Of a stretch of 64,000 nucleotides of DNA, positions 26,737 to 38,624 are shown in pieces. The notes beneath the pieces were generated by a model that was not told the DNA's origin, made no database searches, and saw only the letters and a program-made list of their open reading frames with translations. The position numbers and the translations under genes were made by a program. Each line of letters begins with the position of its first letter. Within the stretch, counting starts at the first letter, position 1. The DNA lies in the NCBI RefSeq assembly GCF_964204865.1, contig NC_135254.1, positions 1,488,001 through 1,552,000 of the forward strand, read 5' to 3'. Origin of the DNA: Styela clava. Taxonomy: Eukaryota.

Positions 26737-27332
26737 TATATTCCATATTCGTTATTATAATTCCTTGAATCATACTTGTGCTGAATGTTCTGTATTTTTC
26801 ATAAATTATGACCATATTGTTCCTTTTCACAGATTTAATAACAGGTAATCTATATTTGCTACTGAAAACGGGATTCATATGGAAATAACAAACTGGATAG
26901 TTCGGTTTTAAATTGAGAAACACTGGACAATCGTGGATTTTATATTTTCGTTCAGTTTTCTGTGGATATCATAAAAATTAGATTTTATTGTCTGTACCAA
27001 GACTGGTGTAAAAACATCAAACTGAAAGATAATAATTTGGTAAAACGAAGAGGTTTGCCTATGCGAGTCCTATTTTTCGCTGAAACATTTGAAGAGTCCT
27101 TTAGAAAAATCTTGGACTTTTACAATTAGTTTAGCTTGTTTGAGAGAACTCGGAAATTTTGGTTTTATAAAACAAGAGGCACCGTTTTTGTGAATCGTTT
27201 TCTGACTGGAATTTTTGGATCTGTATTTGGAGAACCGGAATAAGAAAAAGGTGTTGAATTTATAATTGGACATTTATATTATTGTGGATCTACCTAACTG
27301 GATTACCTGAAGAAGCGACTCTTTCATACATA

Positions 27333-27902
27333 ATGCTAACACTGTCAAAGAAAATAAAAGAGTCTGGAAAAGGAGACGCCAAGAAGAAAGAATCCTCCCC
27401 GAAGCCACAGCATGGCCGAGTTTCAATCCGCGATCGATTACTGATCGGGGAGGTTCAAGAATTAGAAAAAAATATCACTTCAGCGACATGTAAAGTGACT
27501 TTTCCAGAAGCGGACTGTTTGCATAAATTTTATGTTGAAATTTCCCCAGATGAAGGAATGTGGGAGCACGGGACATATGAATTCAAAGTTGAAGTGCCCG
27601 AAAATTATAACATAGCGCCACCGAATGTAAAATGTATGACAAGAATTTGGCATCCTAATATTACCGAGAACGGGGACGTATGTTTAAGTCTATTAAGGGA
27701 CCATTCGTTGGATGGGACTGGTTGGGTACCGACGCGCACCCTAAAGGAGGTAATATGGGGACTTTGCTCCCTATTTACGGACTTATGTGACTTTGATGAC
27801 CCATTGAATGTTGACGCAGCAGACCATTACCATAGAGATAAAAAAGGCTTTACTAGAAAAGTTCAGTATTATATACAAAGATATGCGTACCACGAGAAAT
27901 AG
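27333..27902 (+). CDS. UBE2F: NEDD8-conjugating enzyme UBE2F, 189 aa, intronless CDS
   Basis: MLTLSKK N-terminal extension, RVSIRDRLL, HPNITENGDVCLSLLRDHSLDGTGWVPTRTLKEV with the catalytic Cys, and DFDDPLN. ATG at 27333 (the ORF track starts upstream at a non-ATG codon). Confidence 0.95.
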   Translation: MLTLSKKIKESGKGDAKKKESSPKPQHGRVSIRDRLLIGEVQELEKNITSATCKVTFPEADCLHKFYVEISPDEGMWEHGTYEFKVEVPENYNIAPPNVKCMTRIWHPNITENGDVCLSLLRDHSLDGTGWVPTRTLKEVIWGLCSLFTDLCDFDDPLNVDAADHYHRDKKGFTRKVQYYIQRYAYHEK

Positions 27903-27907
27903 ACATA

Positions 27908-28153
27908 CCGTATATTCTAGTGTATAAGATGTTCTCGCATGTAAGCCCGGCGTCTTAAAAATGGCCTTATAACGGTGAATTTATACAAATTTACGTATTA
28001 GTCGACCTTACGAATCGTAACCCACCGTATGCTAGGGATGTCAAATTTAATATTTGAATATTGCTACCTTCAAATATCGTTTTTGTTTTAATGAAAATAT
28101 CCAGGCTTATGCTCATACAAGCCATACTCTGGCTTATATGCGAAGATATGCGG
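27908..28153. mobile_element. Tc2/pogo-type MITE just after the UBE2F stop codon
   Basis: TA|CCGTATATTCTAGTGTATAAG...CTTATATGCGAAGATATGCGG|TA. Confidence 0.6.
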
Positions 28154-28203
28154 TACCCAACTAATTTAGGTTTTGTGTAATTTGCAATTTACTGGGTCAT
28201 AAT

Positions 28204-28611
28204 TAGGACTGGGCATTTTCGAATACCTTGTGATTTCAGAATCGAATCGAATAATTTATTTCGAATCGAATCTAGAATACTTGAAAATATAAAATTGTAA
28301 GCGACTTTATTATAGTAATTGGTCCTCTCAACAAATGAATTAATGAAGACATAGAATAAATCACCCAGATAGATTACTGAGCGTTCACACAGAATAACAA
28401 ACACGTTTTATCAATAACTCACTACAGAAAATAGTCATATGTTAGAATTTCGTTGAAAAAATATGACTTCAATGAAAAAAAATTGGGGAATTCACCTCGA
28501 CCATTAGCGGAAAGATAAAAACAAGATGGCGGCGGTTCGAAATTTAGCTCTGAACCGATTCGAATAATTTACTATTCGATTCGAATATTCAATTCGAAAT
28601 GCCCAGCCCTA
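28204..28611. mobile_element. hAT-type MITE with TTCGAA repeats
   Basis: TAGGACTGGGCATTTTCGAAT...ATTCGAAATGCCCAGCCCTA termini; perfect TSD GTCATAAT. Confidence 0.82.
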
Positions 28612-29174
28612 GTCATAATACACCACTATAGTTCTACATAACACTAGTTCCCAACCTTTTATGGCTTGTGGCCCCCTTCCGGAGACTTTTAGCATTCATG
28701 GCCCCCTTTATCATTCCAGTGGTATTTATAGTGCTAATTTGATTGGTAGATTCCAAATTTTGTTTGAGCTTTACCAGTCCGTCACCTAAAAAGGGTTGCC
28801 AACCACTGATCTAGTCCATCTGTATAATTGACATATCCACTTGCTATATTCTTAATGGAGTTAAAATCCAAAACATATCATTTAATTACTGTTGCCTTAT
28901 GGTTAGTTTGCTCTCTTTATGGTAATTTCTAAGATATCATACAGAATATTTTTTGTCAGATAACGCTCTTTACTACGTGTTCAGGGCCTTGCTCAGAGCG
29001 AGCATATGGAACCCTACTAAAGTACTGTTACTTTCAATTTTTTTGTTGCATTATCATAATTTATAAAATATCAGTTCTGAATTATTCTTTGCTAGATTTT
29101 ATAACTGATCCTGTTTTTCTCTTAAATTCTAGATTTGTTTTTAGCTTTAGTTTTTAAAAATAATTCAACCAAGC

Positions 29175-30362
29175 ATGTCCGAGACAGAACCACGAAAGGC
29201 AGTGGAGCATGAAGAAAAGGTGGAGCCAGAGGCTCAAGAGGTAGAAACAGAACCCAAGGCAGAGCTTACACAAAAAGTTGACCAATCAGAAACAGAGCAG
29301 AGCGTCGCAGATGAATCGACAATTGTGGATTCTTCAATAAATGCGGAAAAATCAGACGCAATTGTGGGCGATGATGAACAAAGTGACAGTGATTCTGATG
29401 AGTCCCTTCCTCCCGGGCTTTTAGAGCGGCCTGTTGAAATTCTAGAGGCAAAAAGAGAGCGAAAGAAAATTAAACGTTTCACGTACGATGACGAGGCAAC
29501 TAGTCCCGCTGTTGACAAGAAAAAGAATGTTGAAATACCGAAAGGCAGTGGGATCCGCATCGGTAATCACCCTCGTGTGGAATATCAACTACAACGTAAC
29601 TCTGCAGAGGATTTAAAAATTATTCACAAATTTTTTTATAACGTACAAGGCACACATCTCGCATGCAAGAAAAATATTCGAGAATTCTGCGGCTTCAACA
29701 TACAAAAAGGTACCCCAGAGTACGAGAAAAAGGAAGAGTTTATCGGCAAATTCACAGTCGATAATTTGAAATGGGCCATGAGTGTCTGCGACGTTCCAAG
29801 CATTAAAGGGAATAAAGAAGAATTGATCGATGCTTTCATGGCTTGGTGTCTCTGTCCGAAACCGCAGGATAAACCGGTACCGGAAAAAAAGAAAAAGAAG
29901 GATCCCACACAGAAAAAAAAGAGAACCAAAAAAATTAAACGAAGTGCGAATGCTGTTGAAAATGGGGACGCAACTTCCGATGGTGCTACGCCAGTAAAAA
30001 AGCGCAAGAAAAAAGAAATCGCAGACGAAAAAAAGAAAAAAACGCCTTTGAAAATACCTGCTAAAAAGTCAACTCCAAATAAAAAAGCGAAAATTAAGAT
30101 TACAAAACCGAAATCAAAGTCGAAAAAAACGTCGGGGATGGATGATGATACATCAGATGACGAGCCGCTCATGCATAAACAGAAAACGCCGCCGTCAAAC
30201 GCAGAAGTCCGTAAGTTCATCGAAAATTGTCTTCAAGATGCTGATCTCGGAGCTTTGACAATGAAAGCTGTCATCTTGCAAGTTTACGAACAATACCCAG
30301 AGTTCGACCTCACAGACAAAAAAGGGTTCATAAAAGAAACCGTGAAAAAAATAATATCTTGA
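29175..30362 (+). CDS. DEK: Chromatin protein DEK, 395 aa, intronless CDS
   Basis: Acidic N-terminus, EAKRERKKIKR, IPKGSG..IG and KKNIREFCGF pseudo-SAP/SAP region, Lys-rich linker, DDTSDDEPL, and a C-terminal DEK_C domain (ADL..LTMKAV...YEQYPEFDLTDKKGFIKETVKKIIS). Confidence 0.93.
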   Translation: MSETEPRKAVEHEEKVEPEAQEVETEPKAELTQKVDQSETEQSVADESTIVDSSINAEKSDAIVGDDEQSDSDSDESLPPGLLERPVEILEAKRERKKIKRFTYDDEATSPAVDKKKNVEIPKGSGIRIGNHPRVEYQLQRNSAEDLKIIHKFFYNVQGTHLACKKNIREFCGFNIQKGTPEYEKKEEFIGKFTVDNLKWAMSVCDVPSIKGNKEELIDAFMAWCLCPKPQDKPVPEKKKKKDPTQKKKRTKKIKRSANAVENGDATSDGATPVKKRKKKEIADEKKKKTPLKIPAKKSTPNKKAKIKITKPKSKSKKTSGMDDDTSDDEPLMHKQKTPPSNAEVRKFIENCLQDADLGALTMKAVILQVYEQYPEFDLTDKKGFIKETVKKIIS

Positions 30363-32790
30363 GCTGAGGGAGAAGGTTGCCATGGTTACGACCCAATATT
30401 GAAGAACTAATGAGACTGCACTGTTTCTCGTGAAACAGCCTAAAAACTTTTCAAAAACTTCACATCAAATATTTGATTAGTCATGCTTTACTACTAGTGA
30501 TGAATCATCACTTCCTAATTTTGACAATTTTGTATGAAAATTTAAAACTGTTTGCTTGCAATATCCAGTGGAGGATATTTTTTATTGAGGGGGGTGGGGG
30601 CAGTATTTTTGACACAAGAATTACATCAAGCCTAGTTGAATAATCATATATGCATCTCAATCATTTTGTATTTGGAATTTTACTTCAAATAACTCGATCA
30701 AAAATGAATTAAACATTTAGAAACATCAAAATAGGTCTATTTAGAAAAGTAATTTTCTGATTTTAGGAATAAGTCAGAAGTTTTATTTGATAATTAGCCA
30801 TGTTGATCAATTGACATCTGATAGTGAGATATGAAAAATAAATCAGAATGAACTTTTTTCAGTTACTCTCTACTCATTACTAATAATTAATACCAGTTTG
30901 GGTGGTGTTAGGAATTCCAGATTCCGCTGGAATTTTGAATGGGGGGGGGGGGGGGGTGGATAACTGGGAATAGTCTATCAGAACATTAATACTTTATCGT
31001 TGCAGTAAAACCATTTTAGCTCACGTCACGTATTAAAGTTTTGAGAAAATTTCATATTTCAATCTGTACAAGAAAACCTACATATTGACATGACGCACTA
31101 ACTAAAGTAAAACCTAAAACAGGTACAGGTTTAAACCCAGACCTAAAGATGGCCCATGGTTTTCTATTGATAGATGATCAAAAAATATATTTCTTAAAAA
31201 TATGGCATCTGTACTTTTGTATTACTGCGGCAATATGATTTCAAAAGCCCGTGGACTCACTATATGTATATTATGGCTATCAATTGCTCGACTTTTATTA
31301 TTGTTTTGTTTTTTAATTTTAGTGAATCATTTTTTTTTGTTATAGAAATTGCTCATTTTGGTAAAGTAAAAATTCCATATTCAGAAACTATACCATAAAG
31401 CAGAGAAAATTTAAAAAATAATTCTTGCTTTGTTCTTATTAATGTTGTTCAAATGGAATTTCAAGGTAAACCTAATAGAAAAAAATATATTTCATGCATT
31501 CAGTAACTGTAATTACAAGTTTTCTATAAAATTCATGATTTCTGCTCAGAATCTATATTTGAAATAATTAAAACTGACCCAAAAAGAGGGAAATTGAAAA
31601 CTTGAGCTACTTGGTTTTCTTGGGACCAACCACTTATCCTTCTTCTATACTTTTACACTGGTGGACCCATATAATGCAAGAGTGAACTAGACAAGAGTCT
31701 TTTATCTTACTTATACAAATATATTTCAAACGAAAGTTACAGACAATGTCATTATTTTTTGTATTTTGTAAAGTTTGGAAAAATCATGCTCTTGTTACAT
31801 GTTTTAAGATAAAGAATCATCTCAGTTTTCGTTATATTGTTCAAAATTTTATTGATATGAATTTGTGATAGTTTTTATGTGTTATTGATTTCTCGCTTGT
31901 CTGTTCTACCGATTACTATCATTTGTGGCATTTGAAGTCAGACTCACAGACGCAGCCAGGACTTTCAATCTCCTTTACCTATGTTAATAAGCGCCTTGTC
32001 AACGATGATTGTATAATAAAGAATCTGTTTATACTAGCCACACATTTACAGACCGATTCGCTTTTTGATCATCTGGAATTTTCAAGAAGGGCTTTTGAAA
32101 CTTCTAGCTGCGCCATTTTTATTTTATTTTTCAAGTTTAATGGGAATTTATTTGTGAACGTGTTTCAGTAATTTTTTTACAAAGCCTTGTTCAGGACTCA
32201 TGACACTCTTGCTAATTATGTGTTTGATTATCTCTCTTTTTTAGTTTTTGTTCTATGGACAGCCAGTGTTTAACGATTTTATAAACAAATTGCATGAAAA
32301 CTCATTATCTTCAACAGAGAATGTTTCAAAGTTGAATAAACATAGATTTTGACTGTATTCTGCTAGTGTTCACGATTTTATAAACAAATGGCAAAATTTA
32401 AAGTTGATTGTCTGAACTAGTGGTTCTTGACCTTTTTCCATTAGTGGCGCATTTTTGTTGCACAAACTTCTGTGGTCTAACTTTTTTATGCAAGAGAAAA
32501 ATGAAAAATATTTGAGTGCAAAAAAATACACTTTCGCCCTAATAATTAGAATGGAAATTCTAATGAATGAATAATCAGCATCATCATTCATTGCTGCTAG
32601 AATTAAAATTGAACTATAGTGACACATGTTAAACGGGTTAAATTTCTGCTCATTATTAAATAGGTATTTTAAGATAGTGCGCCAGACAAATTCAAAAAAG
32701 GAGGCCCAGCTTTATGAAGAGAACCACTGCTATACCCGTTAGGATTTGATATCGCAAAATGATAATTTTGCGAATTTAAATACTCTACAT

Positions 32791-33287
32791 CAGGGGATCT
32801 CAACCTTTTTTCTGTCAAGTACCCCCGAGTCACGAAACAATCAATGCGAACCCCCGGAAATCAGACACCGAACAAAGTTGTGATATATTGACTAACAATT
32901 TGTTGCAACACCAATTTATTGACCTTATGTAACTTAAATAAATCGTCTTGTTGATAGTATTGCCCTTGCCGTCTGCCTAACTAATGAATTTATAAAATCT
33001 TTCCAAAGTTTCAATAAGCATAATCACTTCTCCAATGCTCCCAGCTTTAGAGATTTCACAGTTTGCATGCAAAACCTTGAATTTCACATTGTTGCGCCAC
33101 AATCACAACAACGCAACATCAGGGAAAATCTACCATCAATCAAATTGGCATCTAGTTTCAATGGACACGACACGCATTTTCCTAGGGTAGTAATAAAGGA
33201 TATTGAAAAGGATCATCACACAAAAACTCGACTGCCATCCAAGTACTCCTGGAAATCTTCTCGTGAACCCCAGGTTGAGAACCCCTG
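32791..33287. mobile_element. hAT-type MITE
   Basis: CAGGGGATCTCAACC...GGTTGAGAACCCCTG termini; TSD CTCTACAT/CCCTACAT. Confidence 0.8.
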
Positions 33288-33644
33288 CCCTACATAATTC
33301 AGCTTCAGTTCACCCTGGGATTTATACTTTGTTATTTTGAATGTAATTGAATCATTATTGTGTTTTTGTAAAAATGTCCGATTTTATACTTTCACCAAGG
33401 TTAAAATGTTTTAAAAAGTCTCGTGATTGTTGCATTTTAAAACGAAAATGTACCTTTTTTTATAGATTTTATCATAAAATACCTAAAAAGGAAGATATTT
33501 TTGGATATAATCACAGAAACGAAGAAAAAAGATTTGGAAATTAACATTACTGAAAAAAATACTTTTTTTGTGCTTGCAACTGAATGAGTGGATTCTGTCA
33601 ATTTATTGTGTTGTGATTTTCCTCCGTATTCCCATATATTTTAA

Positions 33645-36600
33645 ATGGAGTCACCTAAAGAAAATCTACCGATGCGTGACAGGCGGCGTTTTTATACTGA
33701 AAGTCCGAAAGAAAAACCGACAAGGTATTCATCTCGTCGTGGTGATACGAAAGAAAATGAACTCTTGGATTTGAGAAGCCCGATACGACCTACAAATGAC
33801 CTTGACTCTGATAAAAGGGGGAGAAGATGGTCACAGTCCAGGTATATATTAATTTTTCAATTTTTTTTTTGTGCGAGACAATGATTTGGTTTCTGCGAGA
33901 CTAACTACTTATCCTTCTTCTATGCTTTTGTGCCGGCGGATCCGTCTGAGTGCAAGGATACTGTAGCGAGAATAACTATGGATATTTTGAGTGATTCAAT
34001 AGCCTTGCTGCACATTAACAGAAACATATTTGTGTTATTACTTATCGATTTTAATCAGTAAGTATGTTGATAGGTATCTGTTTGTCTGTTAGATGCACGC
34101 GATATCTCACGAAAGCGAGATTGAATCTGCTCCAGATTTTGCATGTGCATTCATCTTATCTCGGACCAGAAGCCTATTGATTTTGGGCGAATTATGTCGT
34201 ATAATTAGCGAGTAATTAATTAATTAGTGATGGGACACAATGTGTCACTATGGAGTAAGAGCGCTGTTTTGGGGGATCCCCTAACTTTCCATCGATAAGT
34301 CTTCGGTCTCTGACCAATATTCTCTTTTTTTCTTATTGACGCAATTTTCTGGAACATCCACTCAGAAGGGAATCCACCTTTAGCAAAATTTCGTGAAAAT
34401 AACCACTGAAATGTCGTGAACTATTAAAAAAATAGCTCAAAGTAATGTCATATGCACTCTCAGAAGTTAAGAGTCATCTATAAACAAAATTAAAGGCAAA
34501 AATGATCCGGCTAAATTATATATAAGTTTATCACCATTAAATTTCTGAAATATAAATTCCGACTCCCAATACTTTAAAATAAATTTTGCGAATTATATCT
34601 AAAATTTCATACTACTATTCAGAGGTGAGACAGTCCACATAATTCTGCCAAGAAATATACTTTTTGATTCAACAGTAAGAAATACACGAGAGATTTATTA
34701 AAAATAAATTTTGCGGAATATTTTTTAAATTTTATACTGGTTTTCAAACCTGTAAAAGTCAACATCATTCCGCCAATCACGATACTTGTAAATTCGAAGG
34801 TGAAGATTGAAAAAAAGATTTTCACATTAAATAAATTAGGCAGAATATTTCTTGAATTTTATACTGCTTTTCATACCTATGTCAGTCGTCATAATTCCGC
34901 CAAGAAAATTTTTTTTACGCACTATTCCTAAAATTTTATATTGCTTTTCTTAATCATGGCGGTTAACATAATTCCGCCATAATAATTCACATTCAACAGT
35001 AAACAATACACAACCAGAGATTTATTGAATGAACTTTGGGGAACATTTCCCGAATTGTATGCTTGCTTTTCTTACCTGTGACGATATTCATAATTACGCC
35101 AAAATAAATTTTTACGGAATATTCCTCGAATTTTATACTGCTTTTCTTACCTGTGATAATAGTCATAATTCTGTCTAAATAAATTTAGATTCAACAGTAA
35201 AGAATACACAAGCAAAGACGAAGAGACGAGGGTTCCTTTGCGGAAACGAGCCACAGATTCAGACGATGATTGCTTGACGGGTGAGTTTATTGGCCAAGTT
35301 CAGGAATGTTCAACTTTTCGGTGAACCATATAACCAACTTGGTTATATCTAGCTTGGGCCACACAAAAAAATTGGATGTTCCATGTAGCCAAAGAATAAA
35401 AAAATTCTCACAATGCAAAATTTGATTTATTTATTATTTTAGTGAGACACTTGAAATTTTCAGAACCCCCCAAGACCCCCCCCCCCCCCCTTTGAAAATT
35501 TGAAAATGACTTGTCGTGACTGGTTGCGGGATTCCTGTTGCTTACCCCTGGCCTAGTGTGTTAAAGCAAATTATGTGATAGACCTCACATCCCAAGAATG
35601 TTTTTAACTGAAATTTTCAACTCAACGTAAATCAAATTTTGAGCAAAAAAAGTGCACACGGTCCTTTTTCGTTTGTCTGTTTGAATTTGTTGGTCGGTCA
35701 ACTTGATACTATTTTAGGTTTTGTCAAAGATTTTGTTTTTGAAATTCTGAGTGAGTGCCCGTAATTTTGCTTAGAGCTGAGTCTCCTTTACTTCTAAGTG
35801 AGTGCCTGTTACTTTGCTCAGAGACGAGTCTCCTTTACTTCTGAGTGAGTGCCTGTAACTTTGCTTAGAGATGAGTCTCCTTTACTTCTAAGTGAGTGCC
35901 TGTTACTTTGCTCAGAGACGAGTCTCCTTTACTTCTGAGTGAGTGCACGTAACTTTGCTCAGAGATGAGTCTCCTTTACTCCTGAGTGAGTGCCTGTAAC
36001 TTTGCTTAGAGATGAGTCTCCTTTACTTCTAAGTGAGTGCCTGTTACTTTGCACAGAGATGAGTCTCCTTTACTTCTAAGTGAGTGCCTGTTACTTTGCT
36101 TAGAGATGAGTCTCCTTTACTTCTGAGACAGTACTCATAACTTTGCTCAGAGACGAGTCTCCTTTACTTCTGAATGAGTTCTCGTAATTTTACTCAGAGA
36201 TGAGTCATTTTCACTTCTGAGTAAGAGTGCTTGTAATTCCTTTAAAAAAATACGATAGAAAAACAGACCGAACTTCTCAGATTTGAAATCCATATTCCTA
36301 ACTTCCTTCTATTTAGTTGAAGAATCTACAAGTTCCTGGGTCAACATGATGGAGAAATCAGAGCGCGAGACTGCGGAAGTCAAAACATATAAAAAGAAAT
36401 TGAAATATTCTGGCAGCTCAGATGGAAACGAAATTGAAGATGATGAGGTAAGACCTTCGTTTAGTGACACTGTCAAAAATTTTTGGACAGAGTTAGATTC
36501 CGGGGATGCTTGGTTATCCAAATTTATTTTTAAAAACCATGTTTGATAATTTGTAATGTCTAATAGTCAAGTACTGGCGGTTTATCAGGCTCTTCCAGTC

Positions 36601-38442
36601 AATCATGCCAATTCTGTTATCTGTAACTCTGCTCGTTTGATAAGGGGTGTAGTTTCATCACATCAAAGTCGATTGGTCATCACAGGCCAGGTGATCAGTG
36701 GTCGGTTGCAGTCATGTCCGCCATCTAATTCAATGCACCTGGGATATCCAACTATCCTCGTATCTGAGCAAACACTTATTTTTTTTGTCAATATTTCAAC
36801 ATTTTGCATTGAAACCCTCATATTGTCATACCAACCATGGATGAGCCGAGCAATGAGACGTAGTTTGTCATAATATGATTAAACAGTCATATCAGTTCCC
36901 CTCCCCCATGCTAAAAATAAAATCTATTTTCTCATTCAGGTTGTCTTAACCCGTCGACAAAAGCAAATCGATTACGGAAAAAATACGATTGCGTATGACA
37001 CCTACATCCAAGAAGTTCCGATGGCGTTACGTACTCGAGATCATCCAAAAACTCCAAACAAATTTGTGAAATGTAGCAGAAGATCTTGGGATTCCCAGGT
37101 TTGTTGTACTCTATGTATAAGGCCTCGAACAAGCTATCTTTTGTAGGGGTGGGCAGGGATGTTGACATTTACAATTGACCTGAGGTTGATGGGAATTTTG
37201 GCAGAATATTTCTAGAATTCTATACTACTTTTCATACCTGTGATAGTCAACATAATTCTGCAAAAACAATATATATGGAATTTTGACTGCGGTTTCAAAG
37301 GAAATCGAATTTTTATAACCTAAATTTTGATGTATGCAAGAATTCCTTAATATATCGGTTTATCCGTGGTTCCTAAACTGCGGGCAAATTACGGCCCTTG
37401 TAACAATTCATAATGGCCCGCTGAACTTCAATGAAATAGTTTATACAGCCAATTGTTACATCATTCAGGAATGTATATATTCATTGCAATTCAGTGCGGT
37501 TTCTTAATCATACGCATCGGTGCCGGCATCGGCCCCTTGCGGGGATGCTCCCTCTCTTGGTCCGCGAATATCTTTTTGTTTCTAATTTTGGCTCCTGGCA
37601 AATCAACTTTTGGAGCCACTGGTTTAGAATGATAATTTTCAACCGATGTTCCGGCAGCAAGGTCCAGGGGTTCTGCAAGTTTCTATCCAAATCCGATAGT
37701 CTGCATTATTATATGTATATTGCAGTGGTTCCTAATCTTCTTTGTTAAATTCAACCCTTGCTGTGCATGAAAAAACTTTATTTGTGCAATCTTCAATGAA
37801 TCCTCTGCTAGTGTTATGCAAGTCGCAGCAGTTTTTGTGCAGTTAGTTATAATGTGTTCACAAATTTTCATTATTGTAATACTAAAACACTGAGGAATAG
37901 GTGCTATGTGTACCAGGTTAGGGTTAGGTCATAATTTTGTTCCGATTTTCCTTGTTTTAGTTCTATTACAAAGTCGGTGACTGTCTGTGTTGGCCAAGTC
38001 CCAAGGTTTCAGTCCCTTTACACAACTTGATGTAAAGTAGGCAAACAAAATTAGTTCCCTCCATATTAGTACACACACTTCTGGAGCGCCAAAGAATACC
38101 AGTTGCTCTGCAGCAAATTCAAAGCAAAATTCCTTCCCAAAAACAGCAAAATTCCTCCCTGGGGAAGCACCTGGCACCCACTGATTCTTATCCTATTTAT
38201 TTCAGATCAAAATCTGGCGGAAGGCTTTACACGATTTCGAAGGTTTCGCTACTGAACGACAGAAAAAGAGAAAAATGAAAAAGGAAGGAAGGAATGAAAA
38301 TACGCTGGAAGATGAAAAGATTGAACCGGAAGAAAATTCTGAAAAACTCAACAATGTCGCTACAAGTTTAACTAACGAAGCGATAGCGGCCGCTTGCGAA
38401 AGCGACGTCATAGAACTTGGCACTGGACCTTTAGAACTTTGA
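33645..38442 (+). CDS. SLBP: Histone RNA stem-loop binding protein, ~271 aa; exons 33645..33841, 35189..35280, 36317..36447, 36940..37098, 38206..38442
   Basis: Exons 4-5 encode the SLBP RNA-binding domain [26 protein letters not shown]...[19 protein letters not shown]|[11 protein letters not shown]. Exons 1-3 join in frame via GT-AG (816 nt total). Exons 1-2 are less certain than exons 3-5. Confidence 0.88.
34035..34330 (+). mobile_element. Helentron-associated HINE/DINE-1-like element (second copy ~1803..2056, minus strand)
   Basis: 5' subTIR ACTTATCGAT with a nearby inverted copy, CTGT microsatellite, 3' subTIR ATCGATAAGT followed by hairpin TCGGTCTCTGACC(G/A)A, T-rich flanks, no TSD. Confidence 0.65.
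34578..35218. repeat. Degenerate ~70/110-bp tandem repeat at the end of SLBP intron 1
   Basis: Recurring AAATAAATTTT..GGAATATT...AATTTTATACTGCTTTTC.TACCTGTGA...CATAATTCCGCCAA. A stray monomer lies at ~37195-37265. Confidence 0.75.
35747..36235. repeat. 47-bp minisatellite, ~10 copies, in SLBP intron 2
   Basis: Unit GAGTCTCCTTTACTTCT(A/G)AGTGAGTGCCTGT(A/T)ACTTTGCT(C/T)AGAGA(C/T), starting at 35779, 35826, 35873 and onward. Confidence 0.93.
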
Positions 38443-38624
38443 TTTGAATTTTATTTAAAAACGATTTATTATGTTTTAGTTGTTCTACGAATCCATTTTT
38501 TACTCACTATTCACGCTATTTTTGCCCAGAACAAGGCTCTGTATAAGCAGCCACTGTTTTGTAAGGATCTGCTATCTTTGTTAAGAACAGGAAGGCAGGG
38601 CTTCCCAAACTTTCAACCTCAAAA

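Noticed and set aside
29636-30220. 194-aa antisense ORF (and other antisense ORFs in POLE, DEK, SCO1)
   Set aside because: Phe/Ser-rich shadow of Lys/Glu-rich sense codons.
35747-36235. CRISPR-like array
   Set aside because: Head-to-tail 47-bp units with no unique spacers, inside a eukaryotic intron, and no cas genes.
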